Shown: in pieces, positions 1 through 7,954 of the stretch
Position numbering within the stretch: the first letter of the stretch is position 1
Layout: each line of letters opens with the position of its first letter
Source: Candidatus Latescibacterota bacterium
Lineage (GTDB): Bacteria; Latescibacterota; UBA2968; GCA-2709665
Length of the DNA stretch: 64,000 nt
Assembly (NCBI GenBank): GCA_965219995.1
Contig: CBDCOX010000002.1
Location: 1-64,000, forward strand
Direction: 5' to 3'
Made by a program: the position numbers and the translations under genes
The notes under the pieces: generated by a model
Told to the model about the DNA's origin: nothing
Database searches by the model: none
What the model saw: the letters and a program-made list of their open reading frames with translations, nothing else

Positions 1-64
1 ACTGGTCACCAAGCATGGTCAACAGTCGAGCGTAGGGCCGCAACGACAGTGCTTCAGACTTCAT
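1..64 (-). CDS. GHKL (HATPase_c-type) ATPase / histidine kinase-like protein, N-terminus only (runs off the window)
   Basis: Not in ORF track. The reverse strand from 64 reads MKSEALSLRPYARLLTMLGDQ. Its ATG overlaps the MTase TGA (ATGA). RPxARLLxxLGDQL resembles the N-terminus of RM-associated GHKL ATPases. Confidence 0.7.
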   Translation of the reverse strand, partial: MKSEALSLRPYARLLTMLGDQ

Positions 65-1314
65 TGCGTTCTCCCGATGACAACGAATTCTTTGCTGTAG
101 ACCTTACGTTGAGTGGAATCCTGTGTGAAACGACCAAGGGTGTCACGGTAAGGAGTCATGGTCTTCGAAGATATTTTTCTAGGTATTGTCGTCACACTGC
201 TAAAGCCGGCACGATCCATGCAATTCTCTAAATGTCTGGCATTGTCGATCTTAACATCTTTGTATCGCGTATTGCCAATTACGAATACCGCCATTCCACC
301 TGCATTTAGCATGCTCTCGCATTTGGCAACTGCTTTGTTTATGTCAAGAAAATAACGAGCTACCGAATACGCGTTACTTCGTTCTATGCTGAGAAGAGCA
401 TTGTAGGTATCCACTTGCGGTGAGCCTAGCTGTTCGATGGCGGCAACGTCGGGTTCTCTTACGCGGTACCTTTTACCAAGCATATTCTTTTGCATGGTGC
501 GATAGTCGGACGTGTAACGAAGCCAGAGTGCTGAGAGTTGATGGATGCTCGCGTAGTCATAGGATGTAACGTATGGTGGGCTCGTGACGATCAGGTCCGC
601 TTGATTGCTTGGCTCAGTAGACGCGAGAAAGTTCTGATGGCAGATCTGGACCTTTGAATCGGGGAATGGGAACCGGTTTTGCTTATTTGCTTTTCGCATT
701 AGTGCGAATTGATTCTCGAATGCGTCCATTACCCCCTGCGGCGACTTTTCCGGATCGAGTTGGGCCTTTATAGACTTCGTTAGCCATCGAGACGTCGGCC
801 TTAATATGTTCGAAAATGCGCAGAGAAAGAATCTTCTGTGTGGACTGCCGGGCGGTGTGTGTTGTCGGATGGCCTCGTCAAGTCGGATAAGGTTCCTTAT
901 GCTATCCTCATCGAACCAGTATCGAATCCGTTCGGATATGCGTTTCTGTCCGTCCTCGCTGGGTTCGGCGCGGTCATATTCCTCCTTGATGGCCTCGAAG
1001 TTTCGCACCAGAACGGAATCGTAGTAATGGTGCGTCTTGACTCGCGCGATCAGCGTCGCGACGGGGTTGATATCACATCCCCAGAAATCTTTACCACTCC
1101 TTTTTGCTTCAACCGCTGTAGTACCGCATCCACAGAAAACATCGGCTATTACGTTTACGTCTACGCCTTCCTGTTCGGCATAGCTCAATGCTTTGGTCGT
1201 AATAAATGCAGGGAATTTCGCAGGATAGCTATGAATTCTATGAATGGGATCTTCTTTCTTGTCACCAAAGTCCCAATATGATTCGGAATTGTCAGAACTA
1301 CCCATTGTTTTCAC
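61..1314 (-). CDS. Amino-DNA methyltransferase (likely N4-cytosine, alpha motif order)
   Basis: HSYPAKF, motif I DVFCGCGTT before motif IV DLIVTSPPY, then VIGN. Lower GC than the rest of the window (181-240 is 29/60 GC). Confidence 0.9.
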   Translation of the reverse strand: MKTMGSSDNSESYWDFGDKKEDPIHRIHSYPAKFPAFITTKALSYAEQEGVDVNVIADVFCGCGTTAVEAKRSGKDFWGCDINPVATLIARVKTHHYYDSVLVRNFEAIKEEYDRAEPSEDGQKRISERIRYWFDEDSIRNLIRLDEAIRQHTPPGSPHRRFFLCAFSNILRPTSRWLTKSIKAQLDPEKSPQGVMDAFENQFALMRKANKQNRFPFPDSKVQICHQNFLASTEPSNQADLIVTSPPYVTSYDYASIHQLSALWLRYTSDYRTMQKNMLGKRYRVREPDVAAIEQLGSPQVDTYNALLSIERSNAYSVARYFLDINKAVAKCESMLNAGGMAVFVIGNTRYKDVKIDNARHLENCMDRAGFSSVTTIPRKISSKTMTPYRDTLGRFTQDSTQRKVYSKEFVVIGRTQ

Positions 1315-1384
1315 CGTACTCCGGTCTCCGCCGAATGCTGATGCGTTATGATTTTCGATGTCGATTCACGATAGATGTGTCATT

Positions 1385-1414
1385 AATATACGCGCGTTTT
1401 GGACTATCCGTCAA
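1385..1414 (-). promoter_or_regulatory. Putative sigma70 promoter for the MTase
   Basis: TTGACG-N18-TATATT on the minus strand. Confidence 0.4.
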
Positions 1415-1587
1415 GACGAGACTCGGAAGTTGGACTCCGGAGCCACCTCGAGACGACTGAATTCAGTCAGTGTTGTGCAGGTTGGAGCCTTGCCGTAAGA
1501 CTACTACGCAAAATGGGTTCATTTTTGTTCATGCTACCAGCTAACTTAGAGGCGGTGCAATCCCCCCACCGCATCAGCCCTCGCCGG

Positions 1588-1620
1588 CCCTTCGACAAGC
1601 TCAGGGACCGAGCTCAGGGA
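1588..1620. repeat. REP-like half element (CCTTCGACAAGCTCAGGGA with a duplicated AGCTCAGGGA)
   Basis: Motif read directly. It resembles a widespread intergenic palindromic-repeat half-site; no inverted partner nearby. Confidence 0.45.
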
Positions 1621-1941
1621 TCGGTCCGCTTCTGCGACTCCCGCTCGATGATGGATCGATTAGCCCAGTGTGCCGGCTTTTTGGTTAAAGTTGAGCATGG
1701 CGAAGCTGCGCTTGGAATCGATTATGCAAATGAACTTCGCTACCTGGCGAGGAGTGTTGAACGTCTTCGGGCACAGAGGAACGCACCGCGGACAATGGTC
1801 GACCTGCGGGTACGTCATTTCGTGCCGAATCGTCTGGGTAATCGACGTTTATTTTGTTTGGAGAATGAAGGCGGGATGGAGGCGAGGAAGTTCTGAGGCC
1901 GAACGCAACGTGCTATTTATAAATGAAATACTCGAAAAAAC

Positions 1942-2016
1942 TGGTGACCCCGAGGGGAGTCGAACCCCCGTTGCCGGGTTGAAAACCCGGTGTCCTAACC
2001 ACTGAACGACGGGGTC
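1942..2016 (-). tRNA. tRNA-Glu (TTC)
   Basis: Acceptor stem GACCCCG/CGGGGTC, anticodon arm CCGGG-TT TTC AA-CCCGG, TTCGA T-loop, encoded CCA. Confidence 0.97.
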
Positions 2017-2034
2017 ACCCGAATCGAAGGTCGG

Positions 2035-2063
2035 AATTTATAGAAATCCCTTTTCGCTGTCAA
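2035..2063 (-). promoter_or_regulatory. Promoter of tRNA-Glu
   Basis: TTGACA-N17-TAAATT on the minus strand just upstream of the tRNA. Confidence 0.65.
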
Positions 2064-2249
2064 GATAATCATTGCAAACACCGGGGATCGGTGAACGGTT
2101 GTCTTCGCTGGAATGCGCTTGACATTTCCGGTTGGTTTTTGTTTATTCAAAGGTCTTGAATTCGGCACTTTTCCGTTATGGAAGCGGCGATTTCACGCGA
2201 TCCGAAGACAGGGAACAAGCGTCAAGTGAACCGTCTGATATCTTCAGGT

Positions 2250-2326
2250 GGGCGATTAGCTCAGCTGGTTAGAGCGCTGGTTTCACATACCAGAGGTCAC
2301 TGGTTCGAGTCCAGTATCGCCCACCA
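2250..2326 (+). tRNA. tRNA-Val (CAC)
   Basis: Acceptor GGGCGAT/ATCGCCC, anticodon arm CTGGT-TT CAC AT-ACCAG, TTCGA loop, CCA end. Confidence 0.97.
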
Positions 2327-2437
2327 TGATCCGAAAAGCGAGGTGGCCCGGGCCTGTCCGCGAGCGGATCGGGACGGCCGGCAATCGTCAGGGTGCATTC
2401 AATAAACGAATGCGCCCTGTTTTTTTGGAGAACGCGT

Positions 2438-3151
2438 ATGAAAGAAAGCCTGCTTAGACTTTTGAACCTGCAGCACATCGATACCGAATTGGACAAACTC
2501 AAAAAGGTGCAGTCAGATTTCCCTGAAGCGATCGCGGACCTTCGCGAAAAGCTGGAAACCGCGAAACAGGCGGTGGACGACAAGAAGCAGCAGGCTGCCG
2601 ACCTGGAAAAGAACCGCCGTCATCTGGAGGGCGAGCTGGAGACATTACAGGCTGATCTGAAGAAACACCAGGATCGACTGATGGAAGTGAAGACGAACCG
2701 GGAATACGATGCGCTCCAGATTGAAATCGAAGTACTGGGGAACCGCGCCGACGAGAGTGAGACCATGATCCTCGAGAGCATCGAGCAACACGACGACCTG
2801 AAGACAATGCTCGAGGAAGAAGAAAGCGCATACAAGGCGCTTGAAGCCGATTATCTCGGTCAGATAAAGGATCTCCAGGGTCGCCTGGACCTGGTGGACG
2901 GCGAGGCCAGCGGATGGCGGAAAAAACGATCGGTTGCCGAAGAATCAGTGGACAAACCGGTGCTGTCCAATTACAACCGGATCCGCAGCGTTGTGAGGGA
3001 CGGCGTTGCCGTGGTGCCGATCGGCAAGGGTTCCTGCGGCGGCTGCTTCAGACAACTGCCACCGCAGCTTCACGTGGAAGTCAGACGCCAGGACAGGATC
3101 ATCCGTTGCGAAAACTGCGGCCGGATGCTGGTGTGGCGGGAGGAGTCCTGA
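2438..3151 (+). CDS. Coiled-coil C4-type zinc ribbon protein (DUF164 family)
   Basis: Long coiled coil, NREYDAL, CGGC...CENCGR. GGAG RBS before ATG 2438. Usual position upstream of RNase H and rnpB. Confidence 0.9.
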   Translation: MKESLLRLLNLQHIDTELDKLKKVQSDFPEAIADLREKLETAKQAVDDKKQQAADLEKNRRHLEGELETLQADLKKHQDRLMEVKTNREYDALQIEIEVLGNRADESETMILESIEQHDDLKTMLEEEESAYKALEADYLGQIKDLQGRLDLVDGEASGWRKKRSVAEESVDKPVLSNYNRIRSVVRDGVAVVPIGKGSCGGCFRQLPPQLHVEVRRQDRIIRCENCGRMLVWREES

Positions 3152-3152
3152 C

Positions 3153-3575
3153 GTGACGGACAGAGAGACGATTACACTCTACGTGGACGGCGCGGCGAAG
3201 GGAAATCCCGGTCCCGCGGGCATCGGCGTCCGGGTCGAACTCAAGGGCGTGGTTCTGTCGGAGCATTCGGAATTCATCGGCGAAGCCACCAACAACGTCG
3301 CGGAGTACAAAGCGCTCATCTACGGGCTGGAAATCGTCCGAAGGCTGCGCGTAACCCGTGTCGACGCCGTCTCGGACAGCGAATTGATGGTCAGGCAGTT
3401 GAACGGAGAATATAAAGTCAAGAACTCGAAGCTGTTGCCGTTGTACGAATTCGTCATTGATATTGTCGGGTCGATGGACGGATTTACGATCCGGCACGTT
3501 TCGCGATCGGAAAACCGGCACGCCGACCGCCTGGCCAATAAGGGAATAACGGAGGCCTTGAAACGCAATTCGTGA
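3153..3575 (+). CDS. rnhA: Ribonuclease HI family protein
   Basis: YVDGAAKGNPGPAG, TNNVAEY, DSEL, NRHADRLAN motifs; GTG start at 3153. Confidence 0.9.
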   Translation: MTDRETITLYVDGAAKGNPGPAGIGVRVELKGVVLSEHSEFIGEATNNVAEYKALIYGLEIVRRLRVTRVDAVSDSELMVRQLNGEYKVKNSKLLPLYEFVIDIVGSMDGFTIRHVSRSENRHADRLANKGITEALKRNS

Positions 3576-3604
3576 GCCGCCGGGCGGTTCACGAATCCAC
3601 AATA

Positions 3605-4151
3605 CAGGCAAGCGGGCCGGATGGCCGCGCCCGTTAACAGTCCGTTGAAAAAGTCGCTCTGCAGGCGAGGCCGAGTCATTGTGGCCGAGGACTAGGCGCG
3701 CGACCGACGCGAATCCCTGGATTCGGGAAGGAGCGCAACGCCGTCATTCGGTCACAAGGGCCGGACGCAGCCCGGATGGACTTTATCAACGGGCTGCTTA
3801 TCGGGTGAGGAAAGTCCGAGCTCCAGAGGGCAGGATGCTGGGTAACTCCCAGTCGGGGCGACCCGAAGGAAAGTGCCACAGAGAACAGACCGCCAGCGGG
3901 CGAGACCACGGTTTCGTTGCGGGCAAGGGTGAAACGGCGGGGTAAGAGCCCACCGCGTTCCCGGAGACGGGAGCGGCACGGTAAACCCCATCCGGAGCAA
4001 GGCCAAATAGGAGCGGAGAGGCGGCCCGTCTCGTTACAACGCTCGGGTAGGCTGCGCAGAGGCGCCGGGCAACCGGCGTCCCAGATAAATGGCCATCCGT
4101 CCGGCGCACCGCGCCGGACGACAGAACTCGGCTTACAGGCCCGCTTGCCTG
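3605..4151 (+). ncRNA. rnpB: RNase P RNA, bacterial type A, with a greatly extended P3
   Basis: P1 CAGGCAAGCGGGCC (3605-3618) pairs with 4138-4151. P2 GGATGGCC/GGCCATCC. Conserved GAGGAAAGTCC, AGTGCCACAGA, GGGTGAAACG, GGTAAACCCC, GAGCAAG and ACAGAACTCGGCTTA. Confidence 0.97.
3637..3797. mobile_element. MITE-like element inserted in rnpB P3
   Basis: 19-bp imperfect TIRs (ACAGTCCGTTGAAAAAGTC versus reverse complement GCAGCCCGTTGATAAAGTC, 16/19). TTA direct repeat on both sides (3634-3636, 3798-3800). Confidence 0.75.
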
Positions 4152-4172
4152 AATCCCGTCCTGGAGCGCAGG

Positions 4173-4997
4173 TTGAGCTTTCTTCAGAAATTCCACCAGG
4201 CCGTCGACACCCGGAACAGCCGGGTGTGCGTAGGCCTGGACCCCGATCCTGAACGCCTTCCGGCCCACCTCAAAGGCGCCGCGAATCCGGTTCGTGCCTT
4301 TCTCAGGGAAATCGTCGCCGCCACACAGGACCTCGTGTGCGCCTACAAGCCCAACTTCGCCTTCTTCGGCGCACTGGGTCCGGCAGGCTGGCAGAGTCTC
4401 GAGGACGTCATCGGCGCCATTCCCGACACGATGCCCGTTCTGCTCGACTTCAAGGCCGGAGACATCGGCAACTCCTCCGCCCGTTACGCGCAGATGGCTT
4501 ACGACACGCTCGGCGTTGACGCGGTCACCGCAAACCCGCTCATGGGCTTCGACGCCATGGGCCCATTTCTCGACTACGACGACCGATGCGCGTTTCTGCT
4601 CTGCCTTACCTCCAACCCCGGGTCGGCAGACTTCCAGCGGCTCTCCACGCCGGACGGTCCTCTCTACCAACACGTTGCGAGGAAAGCGGCTGAATGGTCC
4701 GCCACGGGCCCATGCGGTCTGGTGGTCGGGGCGACGCACCCGCGGGAACTCGCGACAGTCCGAAGCATCGCACCCGAGCTTCCCATCCTGGTCCCCGGCG
4801 TCGGCGCCCAGATGGGCGATGCCGGCGCGGTGATCCGGTACGGCGCTGACCCCAACGGGGGCGGGTTGCTTGTCAACGCATCCAGGAGCGTGCTCTACGC
4901 CACGTCCGGCCGGGACTTCGCGGACGCTGCCCGGCAAGCCGCCGAGGGGCTTCGCGTCGAACTGGAACGGGAGCGGGCAGCATTGCCAATCGCGTAA
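4173..4997 (+). CDS. pyrF: Orotidine-5'-phosphate decarboxylase
   Basis: CVGLDP, YKPN, DFKAGDIGNS, GLVVGAT, LVPGVGAQ, NASRS. TTG start after GGAG. Confidence 0.95.
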   Translation: MSFLQKFHQAVDTRNSRVCVGLDPDPERLPAHLKGAANPVRAFLREIVAATQDLVCAYKPNFAFFGALGPAGWQSLEDVIGAIPDTMPVLLDFKAGDIGNSSARYAQMAYDTLGVDAVTANPLMGFDAMGPFLDYDDRCAFLLCLTSNPGSADFQRLSTPDGPLYQHVARKAAEWSATGPCGLVVGATHPRELATVRSIAPELPILVPGVGAQMGDAGAVIRYGADPNGGGLLVNASRSVLYATSGRDFADAARQAAEGLRVELERERAALPIA

Positions 4998-5071
4998 TCG
5001 AAGGGCTGCGAGCCGGCGCCGGAGTTGGCCGGGCGAACTCGAACGCCGCCGCGAACCCGGGAGACACCGCC

Positions 5072-5887
5072 ATGGAACGCCGAAAACTGACCGAAGAACA
5101 GAAACAGCAGTGGGCGATCGACGGGTACATCGTGCTCAAGGGCGTCCTCTCGCCTGCGGAAACCGGAGACCTCCGGCGGGAAGTGGACCGGCTGCATCGG
5201 AAATTCGTCCTCAACAAGGCCGGCGCGGACCCGAAGTCCGGCCTGGACCGGAGAAACATACTCCCGGACAGCGACGCCTTTATCCGTCTCATGGACCATC
5301 CCTGTGTGTTTGACATTTTTCTGGAACTGATGGGTCCGTACATCCAGTTGAGCATGGCCGAGGCCGTCGTTCGACCGCCAAACCCGGGCTACAAGGGCTT
5401 TATCCACACCGACGGCGGCCAGGCCCTCCGCCATATCCGCGTTACCGAGACAAGCTGGCCGCTTCAGATCAAGATTCAGTATTTTCTCACGGACGTCAGA
5501 AAGCCCGACCGGGGCAACTTCACCATTTTCCCCGGCAGCCACCTGAGACCCTACCCGGAGGGAGAAGCGCCCATTACGGCCGGAACGCCCGGCGCGGTGC
5601 AGCTATGCGCTGAAGCCGGAGACGCGGCGGTCTTTTCTCACGCGCTCTGGCACGGCGTTTCCCCCAACCTTTCAGGACGGTCCCGGAAAACCCTTATCTA
5701 CTGCTACAGCCAGCAGTGTTTCCGGACGTTTGACTTTAACGGCCATTCACCTGAGGTCCTGTCGAAATGTACGCCGCGGCAACGCCGTCTGCTGGGGGAC
5801 CTGGGCAGGGACTGGCGCCCCGGCGCGTACTTCTACAGTCCTGAAGACCAGGTGGAGATCATCGAGCAGAGGCCCGTAGTCGCCTGA
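5072..5887 (+). CDS. Phytanoyl-CoA dioxygenase (PhyH) family Fe(II)/2OG oxygenase
   Basis: DGYIVL N-terminus, HTD...PGSH...LWH facial triad. Confidence 0.88.
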   Translation: MERRKLTEEQKQQWAIDGYIVLKGVLSPAETGDLRREVDRLHRKFVLNKAGADPKSGLDRRNILPDSDAFIRLMDHPCVFDIFLELMGPYIQLSMAEAVVRPPNPGYKGFIHTDGGQALRHIRVTETSWPLQIKIQYFLTDVRKPDRGNFTIFPGSHLRPYPEGEAPITAGTPGAVQLCAEAGDAAVFSHALWHGVSPNLSGRSRKTLIYCYSQQCFRTFDFNGHSPEVLSKCTPRQRRLLGDLGRDWRPGAYFYSPEDQVEIIEQRPVVA

Positions 5888-6055
5888 ACGTCATTCCGTT
5901 TCGCACCCTCTCCCACCCGCCTCGTTCCGGAATCTCCGCCACGCTTCAGCAATTTCCGCGTCCGTACGTATTGCGGTCGAATCGCGTATCCATCGTACAC
6001 GAGCGGCGGCGCCTTCGTCGCGTCCGTAACGACCGGCCTGTGGAGACATACGTAG

Positions 6056-7954
6056 ATGTCGCTGGTTCAACTCGAAAACGTCCACAAGTCCTACGGGGCC
6101 AATCCAGTGCTGACCGGCCTCACATGGAAGATCGAAGGGGGCGGCCGTTTCGGCCTTGTGGGGCGCAACGGATGCGGTAAGACGACGCTCTTTCACCTCA
6201 TCACCGGACGCCTGCAGCCGGACAGCGGGCGGATATACAGGAAGCGGAAACTGAACGTCGGATATCTGGCGCAGGATCCGCAGCTGAAGGACGGGTCGGT
6301 CGTTCTGGACACGGTGATGGACGCGTTTGCAGACCTGCTGGATATTCACCGCAGGATGGGTGTCCTGGAAGGACGGCTGACCGGAGGCCGCGAACAGTCA
6401 GCGTTGCTGGAAGAATACGGAAGCCTGCAGCACGCCTACGAAGACCGGGGCGGCTATGAGATCGAAGACCGTGCAAAGGCCATCCTGCACGGGTTGGGTT
6501 TCGGCCGAAAGGATTTCGGGACACCTGTAAACCTGTTGAGCGGGGGCCAGAAAAACCGCCTGGCGCTTGCCCGCCTGCTTGTTCGCGAACCCGACCTGCT
6601 TCTGCTCGACGAACCCACCAATCACCTGGATCTGGAGGCCATCGAGTGGCTGGAAGGGTTCCTGCCTGCCTTCGACGGCGCCTTCGTGGTCATCTCTCAC
6701 GACCGGTATTTCCTGGACCGGACCATCGACCGGATCGTGGAACTCGAAAACGGTGTCCTGTCCCCTTACGCGGGCAATTACAGTTTCTATGCTGCGGAGA
6801 GGCAGGAGCGCCTGGCGCGGCGTCGGAAGACCTACGAGCGGCAGCAGGAACACATCCGGAAGACCGAAGACTATATCAGGCGGAACATCGCGGGCCAAAA
6901 GACGAAACAGGCCCAGAGCCGCAGAAAGGCCCTGGAAAGACTGGACAGACACGACCGCCCCGTGGAGGAGAAGGGATTCCGGTTGGATTTCAGGGCCGCC
7001 GAGAGGGGCGGCAACCGGGTCGTGGAACTCGATCGGTCATCGAAAGCCTACGGCGAAACCGTACTCTTCGAAAATCTGGACCTGCTCGTCCGCAGGGGAG
7101 ATCGGCTGGGCATCATCGGACCGAACGGATCCGGTAAGTCCACCCTGCTGAAACTGCTCGCCGGTCATATCTCACCCGACAACGGAACCGTGAGGACGGG
7201 CTCGAACATTCAGGTGGGGTATTACGACCAGCACCGGGACGAACTCACACCCGACCATACGTTGCTGGACGAAATCTGGGCGGTCACCCCCAACGCCACC
7301 CTCGGGGAGATCCGGAACGTCCTGGGGGCATTTCTCTTTTCGGGCGATGACGTCGAACGCAGAGTCGGCAGTCTGAGCGGCGGAGAAAAAAGCAGGATCG
7401 CCCTGGCCCGGCTGATGAGGTCCGAAACCAATCTCCTGGTTCTGGACGAACCCACCAATCACCTGGATATTCCGTCCAGGGACGTACTCGAAGCCGCCCT
7501 GAAAAACTACGCCGGAAGCCTCATCGTCGTGTCGCACGATCGCTACTTTCTGAACCTGCTGGTCGAAAGACTGCTCGTACTAGGGAACGGAACATGGGAA
7601 ATCGTCGAGGGCAACTACGACGCCTGGCAGCGCCGGCGGGGAACGCGGGAGGATTCGCAGAAGCCGCGCTCACGCGGAAATTCCTCCCAAAAGGACCTGT
7701 ACGAACGGAAACGGGCCGAACGCAGGGCACAGGAGGGGCGTCAGCGCCGTCTGGAGGCTATCGAAAAGGAGATCCTGGACCTCGAGGCGAAACTCGAACG
7801 CCTGAACGGAGAACTTGCGCTGGACGGCCGGGCGTCGGATTGGGAGCACCTCCAGTCGGTCTCCGAGGAACGACGGCGCGTCCAGGCCCGGATCGAGGAA
7901 TGCATCGCGGCGTGGGAAACGATTGAAACGACGGATGCGAAGGGCGGGGTATGA
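6056..7954 (+). CDS. ABC-F family ATPase
   Basis: Two NBDs (GRNGCGKT, GPNGSGKS; LSGG; LDEPTNHLD), interdomain linker, C-terminal coiled coil, no TM segments. Confidence 0.95.
   Translation: MSLVQLENVHKSYGANPVLTGLTWKIEGGGRFGLVGRNGCGKTTLFHLITGRLQPDSGRIYRKRKLNVGYLAQDPQLKDGSVVLDTVMDAFADLLDIHRRMGVLEGRLTGGREQSALLEEYGSLQHAYEDRGGYEIEDRAKAILHGLGFGRKDFGTPVNLLSGGQKNRLALARLLVREPDLLLLDEPTNHLDLEAIEWLEGFLPAFDGAFVVISHDRYFLDRTIDRIVELENGVLSPYAGNYSFYAAERQERLARRRKTYERQQEHIRKTEDYIRRNIAGQKTKQAQSRRKALERLDRHDRPVEEKGFRLDFRAAERGGNRVVELDRSSKAYGETVLFENLDLLVRRGDRLGIIGPNGSGKSTLLKLLAGHISPDNGTVRTGSNIQVGYYDQHRDELTPDHTLLDEIWAVTPNATLGEIRNVLGAFLFSGDDVERRVGSLSGGEKSRIALARLMRSETNLLVLDEPTNHLDIPSRDVLEAALKNYAGSLIVVSHDRYFLNLLVERLLVLGNGTWEIVEGNYDAWQRRRGTREDSQKPRSRGNSSQKDLYERKRAERRAQEGRQRRLEAIEKEILDLEAKLERLNGELALDGRASDWEHLQSVSEERRRVQARIEECIAAWETIETTDAKGGV

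Noticed and set aside
1399-2005. ORFs 1399-1896 and 1670-2005
   Set aside because: No recognisable motifs. One reads through a REP-like repeat, the other runs antisense over tRNA-Glu.
3676-4937. ORFs overlapping rnpB, including the 379-aa minus-strand ORF and the N-terminal extension of pyrF
   Set aside because: Shadow ORFs of the RNase P RNA and pyrF; the likely pyrF start is TTG 4173.
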